Shown here piece by piece: positions 29,401 through 38,157 of a stretch of 44,209 nucleotides of DNA; position 1 is the stretch's first letter, and each line of letters begins with the position of its first letter. Under the pieces are notes generated by a model. That model was not told where the DNA came from. It saw only the letters and a list, made by a program, of their open reading frames with translations, and searched no databases. Source of the stretch: Betaproteobacteria bacterium (GTDB lineage: Bacteria; Pseudomonadota; Gammaproteobacteria; Burkholderiales; Burkholderiaceae_C); assembly GCA_037134015.1 (NCBI GenBank), contig JBAXNB010000001.1:1-44209 (forward strand), written 5' to 3'. Both the position numbers and the translations under genes were made by a program.

Positions 29401-30805
29401 GTTCAAGGACACGGGTCCCACCCAATCAAATATTTTGACTGGATCTTTTACTGTTGGACCCAATGCAAGTTCGAATTCGAATGCCATACTACCGCCTGTA
29501 AATCTAGCAACGTCTAGAAACTCAAACAATGGATGGTCTCTTAATGCTGTTTTACCGGACTTAAAACTCGACGAGTGGCAAGCATCCGTCACCAAACTGT
29601 TACCCAATACCCATACGCCCAACTGCAACACTGCATTCAGTGATGCTTTGACATCGAACAGCATCGCCACACCAAATGCAGCTCCGTCATATTTATTTAG
29701 CCTTCCCAAAAACCTTACCCTGCTCTCCAACAAGATCAATTCTCAGGGTCGTGATTTCCATGCAGTCAATATTTCAGCTACGCGGGAGGGCAACAATTGG
29801 CAAGCCAATGTTCAATCCAAAGAGGTCAATGGGACTGTTCAACTGTTGCTTGATACTGATCCAAAGTCTAGACGAATCAGTGCCAAACTTAATCAATTGA
29901 TCATCAACCCCATCAAAAATAAAATCAATGATCCCTTGATGAGCGAGGAGGAACCCTTTTTCCCTTGGTTTGATGTCGTCATTGATCATCTTCTGATCAA
30001 AGACCGCGCTTTGGGACATGTTGAGTTTGAAGCACACAACCAATTGACATCAAAAGGTAAAAGATTTTGGCAACTTAACAACATTCAGCTGACCAATCCT
30101 GATGTCGTTTTGAAGGCCACTGCTAAATGGGCCTCGCTGACAGAGCCCAATCAAATTGGTACTCAATCCAACATTGATCTTTCTCTTGATATCCTTAATT
30201 CAGGCAACCTGCTGTCTCGCCTAGGTACTCCTGGTGCGGTACGTGAAGGAAAAGGCAACCTCAAAGGGCAGCTGACCTGGAAGGGCTCACTCATCAACCC
30301 GGACTTTGACTCATTGAACGGACACTTCAGCCTTGATGTTGAAAAGGGTCAGTTCCTTAAAACCGATCCCGGCGCTTCGAGACTCCTAGGGGTGCTTAAT
30401 TTACAGGCTTTGCCTAGGCGTTTGACCTTAGATTTTCGTGATCTTTTTGGAGAGGGTTTTGCTTTTGATCAATTCAAAGGTGATATTGCTGTCAAAGATG
30501 GAACTGCCTCTTCTGAGAATTTGATCATGAAGGGCGTGTCTGGGACAGTCCTTCTTAATGGCTCGGCCAACATAGGTGCTGAAACCCAAGACCTGCGTGT
30601 GGTCGTTGTTCCAGAGATTAATGCGGGTACGGCTTCGCTTTTATACAGCACAGTGAACCCAATTGTTGGCCTCACTAGTTTTATTGCACAGTACGTGATT
30701 AGAAAGCCTTTGATTCAAGCCAACACTCGTACTTTTCATATCAACGGAAGCTGGAATGAACCCAATGTCACCAGAATTGAAACGCCAATTGAAGAATTAA
30801 GGTGA
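26438..30805 (+). CDS. yhdP: YhdP/AsmA2-family phospholipid transport protein
   Basis: N-terminal TM anchor, about 1450 aa of beta-rich sequence, and conserved C-terminal LLGVLNLQALPRRLTLDFRDLF.EGFAFD; adjacent to glnE. ATG at 26438 preferred. Confidence 0.88.
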   Translation: MLQFPNFQSISSHRALNIFWIISSVFFWLCLAFWTLLLGFGLALHLLIAPNIDRFRVDIENSISAKIGTSIKIGEIRAISNSLFPSFEILDLATFNAVGVPMMHINRAWVSLSTQSILRLALDKLYVEDSEVTLKRLADGTLEFAGITLQDNSSTDLSDHFFSIRDISVTNTRVTWIDEKNKNLELKVNDVNLIIQNGLIDHQFRLDASPPTFTSDRVSLRAQFRQPLLSLHPGQWSQWTGQSYFQSERFDLAEVLSLFDLQSKFEISKGSGWVRAWVDFQNGKTTNQLFDFHLENIQTAFFNPSLPFNISSISGRLKTAPWLTGQEWLTEHLTMSFLGRNESWDFSNYRLAISDLTDPFGSQSKGEIEIRNANLENLSKFFKNFPASLQINKILTSLSIKGNVEHLNGVWGSSKPQDPSNVLNSPLPKWLENSKKLLNPFSNRNRQTDSSSSSSPPIHFEADNPFQRIKHFRFKGVVANFERNPSLSSLSFSESSQASNNFKIKSTDSSIQHPLSDYFSNIPHFKGLKGSFSFSESSGTAKLEINNGYLELAGALEQAYVDISQFSSHLDWTLSDNKLHLNVSNGRLVNQNGDMNFSFDWNHPKLSQFSPSYLGLLDLNAKISRLDAKTLYKYLPLSVNPSVRTYLKESIVAGLIDKGTIKIKGPIESIPYKHPSQGDFNIDARLNHIHLNYVPKTIFKSSALSLNDWPALSDIQGALQIKGRSLSINSPISTMGSDDYSVPWNRLEAKIPDLFDPVLDISGESKGLGSNYLYLFNHSSLNAKLGNPFERAKSKGNMELKLKLSLPLLQIDKTRVLGTLSFLNNDLFISSDIPTLSKTRGNLSFTESSMSFQNVQTHTLGGDTKIEGGIKMSSPGQDNLLQIKALGNVTSDGLEQSCDIEWASKLGSLSKGQTNYTALFSIKKTGVPEVSISSNLQGLSLTGPSPFNKSTDSSLPFSYENSVLKEFPNNRFLEKISLALGDQVSMRLFKDTGPTQSNILTGSFTVGPNASSNSNAILPPVNLATSRNSNNGWSLNAVLPDLKLDEWQASVTKLLPNTHTPNCNTAFSDALTSNSIATPNAAPSYLFSLPKNLTLLSNKINSQGRDFHAVNISATREGNNWQANVQSKEVNGTVQLLLDTDPKSRRISAKLNQLIINPIKNKINDPLMSEEEPFFPWFDVVIDHLLIKDRALGHVEFEAHNQLTSKGKRFWQLNNIQLTNPDVVLKATAKWASLTEPNQIGTQSNIDLSLDILNSGNLLSRLGTPGAVREGKGNLKGQLTWKGSLINPDFDSLNGHFSLDVEKGQFLKTDPGASRLLGVLNLQALPRRLTLDFRDLFGEGFAFDQFKGDIAVKDGTASSENLIMKGVSGTVLLNGSANIGAETQDLRVVVVPEINAGTASLLYSTVNPIVGLTSFIAQYVIRKPLIQANTRTFHINGSWNEPNVTRIETPIEELR

Positions 30806-30846
30806 CAAGTCAGCCTCTGTCTAGACACTTCTAGACTTTTGAATCC

Positions 30847-30990
30847 TTATTCTTTGTTTGTTTCTTTTTTTACGTCTGCTTCTTTGGACGGTTTTTTCTC
30901 CCCCTTATCCCTGCCGTGAAACATCGTCCACCATACAATTAAAATCAAAATAAATGCAGCCAGCAAAGCCTCTACCAAAATATACAACAT
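30847..30990 (-). CDS. Small (47 aa) single-pass membrane protein, below the ORF-track cutoff
   Basis: MLYILVEALLAAFILILIVWWTMFHGRDKGEKKPSKEADVKKETNKE*: one TM helix and a charged tail; fills the yhdP-mltA gap. Confidence 0.72.
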   Translation of the reverse strand: MLYILVEALLAAFILILIVWWTMFHGRDKGEKKPSKEADVKKETNKE

Positions 30991-32188
30991 GATTTTTTCT
31001 GTTCGCCTTTTATCTTTTGGATGTATTTTTATTTTATGCTCATTGCTGTCTTGCTCACACTATAAAAGTCCCGTTCGCTTAGACAAGGGTTCTTCAGACA
31101 GTCCACCTTCTTCCTCCAATTCAATGACGCATGAACCCAAGGTCTCTAACAACCCCCAGACAGAGAACAGTTCGTTTACATTAAGTTTTGCATCCAAAAG
31201 TCGTTTTCGCAGCATTCCTTGGCGTGATTTGCCCGGTTTCAACGAGACTGCGACTTCAGCTTTGTGGTCCGCTTTATTGGATCATTGCGAAAAACCACAT
31301 CCAATTTGGAATTTTTCATGTTCACAAATGCGCCCTTTGTCTTTATCAGATGATCAGGAGCAGCGCATTTGGATCCTGACACAATTGCAAGCTTTCAGCG
31401 TAGAGACTCCAGATGGCGAAGACAATGGTCTCTTGACCAGTTATTACGAGCCTGTTTTCAAGGGCTCACTGAGCCAGCGTGATTCTTTCAATTACCCTAT
31501 TTACGCTCCACCACCCAGTTTATTTGCCTCGAAAAAATTAGGCCAGGCTTGGTTCAGTAGAAAAGAAATTGAAACGTCTCCCCTGTTACAAAAAGAACTT
31601 CAAGGCCAAATCATTGCTTGGCTTGAAGACCCCCTTGAGGTCATGATTTTGCATGTTCAGGGATCCGCTCGACTCCAAATCGAAAGTCCGAATGCCCCAA
31701 CCCTTGAATACCGAGTTGGCTTTGCTGCTTCTAATGATTTACCCTATCAAAGCATGGCCAAATGGCTGATCGATCAAGGTTTGACCAAAGACGCATCTTG
31801 GGCGGGTATCAAAAGTGCCCTTCAAAAAAATCCTGATAAAGAAAAAGAAGCCTACTGGAGCAATCCCAGGTACATCTTCTTCACTCTTTCACCTTTAAAC
31901 GACCCCTCCAAAGGCCCCAAAGGATCTTGGGGAAAGCCACTCAAGGCCCACCTTTCGATCGCAGTTGATCCTAAAAGTATTCCTCTTGGACTTCCTCTTT
32001 GGCTTTCAAGCGAAGGAAGCACACGGTTTCAACAGCTTGTCTTGAGTGAAGACACTGGAAACGCCATCAACGGCTCGATCAGGGCCGATTATTTTGCCGG
32101 AACAGGTGCTCAGGCAGGTGAATTTGCAAACAAAATCAAACAAAATCTGAAACTTTGGGTTCTTTTGCCCAGAAATACCACGCCATAA
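30989..32188 (+). CDS. mltA: Membrane-bound lytic murein transglycosylase A
   Basis: Lipobox LLSC, LLTSYYEP, LHVQGS, NPRYIFF, and 3D domain SIAVDP...EDTGNAI.G..RADYF.G.G. Confidence 0.92.
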   Translation: MIFSVRLLSFGCIFILCSLLSCSHYKSPVRLDKGSSDSPPSSSNSMTHEPKVSNNPQTENSSFTLSFASKSRFRSIPWRDLPGFNETATSALWSALLDHCEKPHPIWNFSCSQMRPLSLSDDQEQRIWILTQLQAFSVETPDGEDNGLLTSYYEPVFKGSLSQRDSFNYPIYAPPPSLFASKKLGQAWFSRKEIETSPLLQKELQGQIIAWLEDPLEVMILHVQGSARLQIESPNAPTLEYRVGFAASNDLPYQSMAKWLIDQGLTKDASWAGIKSALQKNPDKEKEAYWSNPRYIFFTLSPLNDPSKGPKGSWGKPLKAHLSIAVDPKSIPLGLPLWLSSEGSTRFQQLVLSEDTGNAINGSIRADYFAGTGAQAGEFANKIKQNLKLWVLLPRNTTP

Positions 32189-32359
32189 TCAAAAGCTGAT
32201 CTGCTCAATTGTTTTCATTTTCCAGCCTACTCACGCTTACAATCTATGATCACAAGATCCTTTGATCTTTTTTCTACTTTTTTATTGAGGTCAAGCTTTC
32301 CTGCTTTGATCATCCAGCTTTAAAAAACTTGAGTTTTTCTGTTACTTTAGGAGACCCAC

Positions 32360-32698
32360 TTGTTCATTTCTTCAGCTTACGCACAATCTGCACCCGCTGC
32401 CTTAGGCGGCTCTGACTTGTCCTCTTCTCTGACCGGCATGCTGCCTTTGCTTTTGATGTTTGTGGTTTTGTATTTTGTAATGATTCGCCCACAAATGAAA
32501 CGTCAAAAAGAACACAAAACCATGATTGACGCTCTTGGTAAAGGTGACGAGGTCAGCACAGCAGGCGGCTTTGTTGGCCGAATTACCTTGCTTGAAGACA
32601 ATTACGTCAGGTTGGAAATCTCTAAAGGTGTTGAAATTCAGTTACAACGCTCAGCTATTTCACAAGTGATGCCCAAAGGCACGCTCAAATCCGTTTAA
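32360..32698 (+). CDS. yajC: Preprotein translocase subunit YajC
   Basis: YFVMIRPQMKRQKEH, KGDEV.TAGG; AGGAG SD before a TTG start. Confidence 0.96.
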   Translation: MFISSAYAQSAPAALGGSDLSSSLTGMLPLLLMFVVLYFVMIRPQMKRQKEHKTMIDALGKGDEVSTAGGFVGRITLLEDNYVRLEISKGVEIQLQRSAISQVMPKGTLKSV

Positions 32699-32797
32699 GG
32701 CCATCAACTCTTCACTTCAACCATCGATTTGCAGCAGGCATTGATTTGAGTTTGAAGTCGGCGTATTGCTTTATTTAGTTTCCCCACTGGAATTTCA

Positions 32798-34687
32798 ATG
32801 AATCGTTACTCAATTTGGAAGTACCTGACCATCGTTTGTGCATTGCTGGTGGGAGGCCTCTACACTTTGCCAAACTTTTTTGGCGAATCCCCAGCAGTAC
32901 AAATATCCAGTGCCAAATCTGGCCAAAAGCTCAGCTCTGACATTCAGACTCAAGTTGAGACTGTTTTAAAGAGCATCTCTATCGTCCCTTTGGCCAGTAC
33001 TTTTGAGCCTGGTAATTTTAAAGTTCGATTCAGCTCCAGCGAAGAGCAATTAAAGGCAAAAGATGCTTTGCAATTGGCTTTGAACCCCAACCCTTCGAGC
33101 CAGCGCTTTGTTGTTGCGCTCAATTTGGTTTCCAGGTCTCCAGCATGGCTCTCTTTTTTCCATGCATCCCCCATGTATCTGGGTTTGGACTTGAGGGGCG
33201 GCGTCCATTTCATGCTTCAAGTCGACATGTTGGCAGCGGTGACCAAAAAGGCCGACTCCATCGCTGGCGATCTAAGAACTCAACTGAGAGAGAAAAATCT
33301 TCGTCACTCTGGTATCAACAGGGTTGATCAAGGCATTGAAATACTTTTTAGAGATACCCCGACCTTGCTTTCAGCCAAGACCCTGATTCTGGATCAATGG
33401 CCTGATATCGAAACAGCTGAAAAAACTCAAGGCAGTGAGTTTGTTTTATCTTTGAATCTCAAACCAGAAGCGGCAAGAAAAGTACAGCAACAAGCTTTAA
33501 AACAAAATATCACCACGCTACATAACCGCATCAATGAGCTAGGTGTTGCTGAGCCTATCATTCAACAACAGGGTCTAGACCGAATTGTTGTGCAGCTTCC
33601 TGGTGTCCAAGATACGGCCAAAGCCAAAGACATACTTGGCAGAACGGCCACCCTTGAAATTCGTATGGTCGATGATTCCAGCGATGCTCGCGCAGCAGAG
33701 CTCAGTTCATCAGCAATGGTTCCTTTTGGTGATGAACGGTTTTTGGAGCGAACCGGACAAGCGGTGGTGGTAAAAAAACAAGTTTTACTCACCGGTGAAA
33801 ACCTAACGGATGCGCAACCTGGATTTGACAATCAAACCCAAGAGGCCGCCGTACACCTGACACTTGACGCCAAAGGGGCTCGTATTTTCCGTGATGTAAC
33901 GCGTGAAAATGTTGGTAAGCGAATGGCCATCTTGCTTTTCGAAAAAGGCAAGGGTGAAGTCGTCACAGCGCCGGTCATCCGATCTGAGATTGGCGGTGGT
34001 CGGGTTCAAATTTCTGGTCGCATGAACACCGTTGAAGCCAACGACGTCGCCCTACTTCTGCGGGCGGGCTCATTGGCCGCTCCCATGGAGATCATTGAAG
34101 AGCGGACCATTGGACCGAGTTTGGGCGCTGAAAACATTGAAAAGGGCTTTAACAGCGTGACATGGGGCTTTGTGGGAGTTGCGGCCTTCATGATTATTTA
34201 TTACATGTTGTTTGGACTTTTCTCTAGCATCGCTTTGGCTGTCAATTTGCTCTTGTTGGTGGCCCTCTTGTCGATGTTGCAAGCTACCTTGACCTTACCT
34301 GGTATGGCAGCCATGGCCTTGGTGCTTGGTATGGCCATTGATGCAAATGTACTGATCAACGAGCGTGTCCGTGAGGAATTGCGCATAGGGGCCTCACCCC
34401 AAGCAGCTATCCATGCTGGGTATGACAAAGCATGGGCCACCATCTTGGACTCGAACGTCACCACCTTGATTGCTGGCTTGGCACTCTTGGCTTTTGGATC
34501 TGGGCCCGTGCGAGGCTTTGCCGTGGTTCATTGCTTAGGCATTTTGACCAGCATGTTCTCATCTGTGTTTTTCTCTAGAGGCCTGGTAAATATTTGGTAC
34601 GGCCGCCAAAAAAGACTTCACACCGTCTCCATTGGAACCGTTTGGCGCAATGAATTGAGTGATCCAAAACTCAACCCCGATCAATAA
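32798..34687 (+). CDS. secD: Protein translocase subunit SecD
   Basis: LGLDLRGG, NRINELGVAEP, IGPSLG, GMAIDANVLINER, ILDSNVTT. Confidence 0.98.
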   Translation: MNRYSIWKYLTIVCALLVGGLYTLPNFFGESPAVQISSAKSGQKLSSDIQTQVETVLKSISIVPLASTFEPGNFKVRFSSSEEQLKAKDALQLALNPNPSSQRFVVALNLVSRSPAWLSFFHASPMYLGLDLRGGVHFMLQVDMLAAVTKKADSIAGDLRTQLREKNLRHSGINRVDQGIEILFRDTPTLLSAKTLILDQWPDIETAEKTQGSEFVLSLNLKPEAARKVQQQALKQNITTLHNRINELGVAEPIIQQQGLDRIVVQLPGVQDTAKAKDILGRTATLEIRMVDDSSDARAAELSSSAMVPFGDERFLERTGQAVVVKKQVLLTGENLTDAQPGFDNQTQEAAVHLTLDAKGARIFRDVTRENVGKRMAILLFEKGKGEVVTAPVIRSEIGGGRVQISGRMNTVEANDVALLLRAGSLAAPMEIIEERTIGPSLGAENIEKGFNSVTWGFVGVAAFMIIYYMLFGLFSSIALAVNLLLLVALLSMLQATLTLPGMAAMALVLGMAIDANVLINERVREELRIGASPQAAIHAGYDKAWATILDSNVTTLIAGLALLAFGSGPVRGFAVVHCLGILTSMFSSVFFSRGLVNIWYGRQKRLHTVSIGTVWRNELSDPKLNPDQ

Positions 34688-34704
34688 TCAAGAGGTTTTT
34701 CGTC

Positions 34705-35655
34705 ATGGAATTTTTTAGAATACGAAAAGACATCCCTTTCATGCGCCATGCATTGGCCTTTAATTTGATCTCTTTCCTCACTTTCGTCTTGGCCGTTTTT
34801 TTCCTCTTTAGCAATGGCTTGAATCTGTCTGTGGAATTCACGGGCGGCACCTTGATGGAGGTGAGCTACCCCCACCCTGCTGATATCAATCAAGCGAGAA
34901 GTCAAATTGAAGCCTTGGGCTTTAAAGATGTGCAAGTTCAAAATTTTGGTACTTCAAGCGACATTCTCATTCGTTTGCCCGCCAGCAAAGGAGACAGCGC
35001 CGCCAGTCAAAATGAGCGCGTTGTTGCAGCTCTTCGACAAGCAGACGCAGGCGCGGAACTCAGAAGAACCGAGTTTGTTGGTCCTCAGGTGGGCGACGAG
35101 TTGGCCATAGACGGCCTAAAAGCGTTAGGATTTGTTGTCATTGGCATCATGCTTTACTTGGCCATTCGCTTCGAATGGAAATTTTCTGTAGCGGCCATTG
35201 TGGCCAACTTGCATGACGTCATCATCATTTTAGGTTTCTTTGCCTTCTTCCAGTGGGAGTTTTCTCTGCCAGTGCTGGCTGCTGTTTTGGCGGTTTTAGG
35301 CTATTCGGTGAACGAGTCGGTCGTTATTTTTGATCGTATCCGTGAAAATTTTCGCCGTTATCGAAAAATGAACACCACCGAAATCATCGACAACGCCATC
35401 ACATCCACGATGAGCAGGACCATCATCACTCACGGTTGCACTCAACTCATGGTCCTGTCCATGCTTTTGTTTGGAGGACCAACCCTGCATTATTTTGCCT
35501 TGGCGTTGACCATTGGCATCCTGTTTGGTATTTACTCTTCGGTCTTTGTTGCTGCAGCGATTGCAATGTGGCTGGGCATTCAACGAGAGGATCTGATGAA
35601 ACCCGGTAAAAATGACTCAAACCCTGACGACCCCAATTCAGGAGCCGTCGTTTAA
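34705..35655 (+). CDS. secF: Protein translocase subunit SecF
   Basis: EFTGGT, FVGPQVG, HDV, GYSVNESVVIFDRIRE, GIYSS. Confidence 0.98.
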   Translation: MEFFRIRKDIPFMRHALAFNLISFLTFVLAVFFLFSNGLNLSVEFTGGTLMEVSYPHPADINQARSQIEALGFKDVQVQNFGTSSDILIRLPASKGDSAASQNERVVAALRQADAGAELRRTEFVGPQVGDELAIDGLKALGFVVIGIMLYLAIRFEWKFSVAAIVANLHDVIIILGFFAFFQWEFSLPVLAAVLAVLGYSVNESVVIFDRIRENFRRYRKMNTTEIIDNAITSTMSRTIITHGCTQLMVLSMLLFGGPTLHYFALALTIGILFGIYSSVFVAAAIAMWLGIQREDLMKPGKNDSNPDDPNSGAVV

Positions 35656-35674
35656 TGCTTTTTTGTGTTTGAGC

Positions 35675-36169
35675 TCAGTGAGCAATGCGATCCGTATCAT
35701 CGCACAACTCATCCAGGATCAAAGCGTCTGGCTCCAAGCCAACGCTCCAGTAAACCATCAACACAATAATTTTTAAATCATCAATGCTCACCGGTCTGCC
35801 TGGTACAGCCATCGCACGATCGACCACAATTTCCCTCATGTGTGGCGGGAGCACTTGTGCAGACTCTAAAAAGCTTACAAAGCCCAAGCTGTCTGAACCT
35901 AAGTGATCCTGTTCAGCAATTGAATAAACCCGCAAACTGTTGCTTGACTGCTCTCTTGATGTGAGCGCTTGTTGGGGTTGGTGTTGGTTGATATCGATCA
36001 ATTCGGTTCGCGAAGAGGCCAAACTCAAACCCGCAAGCCATTGAAGTGCTTGCTCAATTTCATCTGCATCGAACCCTACTGCACTCAACTTTCGGCTTAG
36101 GTGTTCAAGTTCTGGGCAGGCATCTCCGCGCCAGTAATTTTCGTAGACATATACGAGTACTTCAAACAT
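35675..36169 (-). CDS. smg: Smg (DUF494) family protein
   Basis: MFEVLVYVYENY, GFD..EI..AL.WL, RVYS..E, REIVVDR, LKIIVLMV.W. Confidence 0.9.
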   Translation of the reverse strand: MFEVLVYVYENYWRGDACPELEHLSRKLSAVGFDADEIEQALQWLAGLSLASSRTELIDINQHQPQQALTSREQSSNSLRVYSIAEQDHLGSDSLGFVSFLESAQVLPPHMREIVVDRAMAVPGRPVSIDDLKIIVLMVYWSVGLEPDALILDELCDDTDRIAH

Positions 36170-36205
36170 GTTCTCAATATACCTCTTTTATTGATCCCCA
36201 ACACC

Positions 36206-36231
36206 TTTTAGAATTTGTTCAAATTCTAAAA
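36206..36231. repeat. Perfect 12-bp inverted repeat TTTTAGAATTTG-TT-CAAATTCTAAAA between divergent smg and def
   Basis: Read directly from the sequence. Confidence 0.7.
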
Positions 36232-36301
36232 AGGACAACTCTATTTTGCACCATTTTTTTCATTTTTTGAATTTTTTTCAAAAACCGAGGACAATATAGT
36301 T

Positions 36302-36814
36302 ATGGCTCTCTTACCCATACTTTCTTACCCCGATCCCAGACTCCATACGGTGGCACGGCCCATCTCAGACATTGGTGAGCACCATCAACTTCTGATTCAA
36401 AATATGTTTGAAACGATGTACGACTCCAAAGGCATTGGTCTTGCTGCAACTCAAGTGAATCACCACGAGCGTTTGATTGTCATGGACGTCTCAGAAGACG
36501 CATCTGCGCCCTTGGTTTTGATCAATCCTCAAGTTATCTGGTCCAGTCCTGAGCGTGTGATGGCCGAGGAGGGCTGTTTATCTGTTCCTGGTTTTTATGA
36601 CGGTGTTGAGCGGTCCAAGGAAATTTCCGTTGAATTTTTGAACGAGAAAGGTCAACAACAGTCTTTGCTTGCACAAGATCTTTTGGCCATTTGTATTCAA
36701 CATGAGATGGACCACCTTGAGGGCAAGGTTTTTGTTGAATATTTGTCATTCTTAAAACGCAATCGCATCAAGACAAAACTTCTCAAGGCCCAAAGAGAAC
36801 TCGAGCGCTCCTGA
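36302..36814 (+). CDS. def: Peptide deformylase
   Basis: GIGLAATQ, EGCLS, QHEMDHLEG. Confidence 0.98.
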   Translation: MALLPILSYPDPRLHTVARPISDIGEHHQLLIQNMFETMYDSKGIGLAATQVNHHERLIVMDVSEDASAPLVLINPQVIWSSPERVMAEEGCLSVPGFYDGVERSKEISVEFLNEKGQQQSLLAQDLLAICIQHEMDHLEGKVFVEYLSFLKRNRIKTKLLKAQRELERS

Positions 36815-36816
36815 TC

Positions 36817-37779
36817 ATGCGACTTATTTTTGCAGGGACTCCGGAGTTTGCCAAAATCGCCCTTGAGCGCCTTTATGAGTCTGGGCATGAAATCGTTTTG
36901 GTTCTGACCCAACCCGATCGACCTGCAGGTAGGGGACTTCAATTACAGGCTTCTAGCGTCAAGTCGTTTGCTTTAGAAAAGTCCCTACCTCTTCTTCAAG
37001 TCAACAGTCTCAAGTTGGACGGCAAATACCCCGATCAAGCTAAGCAAGCCCAAGAGATGATTTCACGGGTCAAGGCGGATTTGATGGTTGTTGCAGCTTA
37101 TGGATTGATGCTCCCTCGCTGGACGCTTGAAGCAAGCCCACTTGGATGCATCAATATCCACGCCTCTTTGCTGCCTCAATGGCGAGGTGCTGCACCCATT
37201 CATCGGGCCATCATGGCTGGAGACTCGCAAAGCGGCATTTGCATCATGCAAATGGATGAAGGACTCGATACGGGCGACCTGCTACTGTGTGAAAGCCTTT
37301 CAATTGATCCCCTGGAGACGACGGGCTCTTTGCACGATCGACTCGCCAAACTCGGTGCAGACCTGATCACAAAGGCTCTTGAGCAATTGAGCCTTCTAAA
37401 AGCCATCCCGCAAAACCCTCTTGGGGCAACGTACGCACACAAAATCAGCAAGGAAGAGTCGCGACTGGATTGGAACCACTCTTCGCACCTCCTTCAGCGT
37501 CAAATCCTTGGCCTCAACCCCGCTCCAGGCGCCTTCACCATGTTGAACCAAGAAACTTACAAAGTTTGGCATGCCCACGTCACGTCAACGCCTTCAAATT
37601 ACTTGGCCTCAAGTTGTCAATATGGCCACATCCTTGGTGTTTCACATGATGGCATCGACGTCCATTGTTGTGATGGCGTGCTGCGAATCACTCAACTTCA
37701 AAAAGCAGGTCACAAAAAAATGCCCCTTTCGGAACTGCTCAAAGGCCATGTGATTCAAGTCGGCAACTGTTTTTCTTAA
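36817..37779 (+). CDS. fmt: Methionyl-tRNA formyltransferase
   Basis: FAGTPEFA, TQPDRPAGRG, NIHASLLP.WRGAAPI, MDEGLDTG. Confidence 0.97.
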   Translation: MRLIFAGTPEFAKIALERLYESGHEIVLVLTQPDRPAGRGLQLQASSVKSFALEKSLPLLQVNSLKLDGKYPDQAKQAQEMISRVKADLMVVAAYGLMLPRWTLEASPLGCINIHASLLPQWRGAAPIHRAIMAGDSQSGICIMQMDEGLDTGDLLLCESLSIDPLETTGSLHDRLAKLGADLITKALEQLSLLKAIPQNPLGATYAHKISKEESRLDWNHSSHLLQRQILGLNPAPGAFTMLNQETYKVWHAHVTSTPSNYLASSCQYGHILGVSHDGIDVHCCDGVLRITQLQKAGHKKMPLSELLKGHVIQVGNCFS

Positions 37780-38157
37780 GACGCCAAGCTCATTTTTTAG
37801 CAGCACTCCTCTTAAACATCCATCCATGGGTGCTTCCTGCCAAGCCCTGCACGCTCTTTGAGGTGCTCATCAAGTCTCACCGCCCAAAGATGGAACTTCA
37901 GCCATGCTGTGACACTTTTACTCCCGTAAAAACCACGCCAAAGCCATGCGTAACATCCTCATCAAGTCAAATCCTGTCTTTTGGGACCCGATGACTTTCG
38001 ATGGCCTACAACGAGCTTGGTCTGTCAATACGGGTTGGCCGCAAGGATTGCGTTATATGACACTTTGAAGAAGGTTAAAATCTTCTGCTGATGTAGCTAC
38101 TGATTTGCGTGAAGACGGCTTCACTGCTTTAACTTTTTCTTCTTGTTTTGCTGACCT

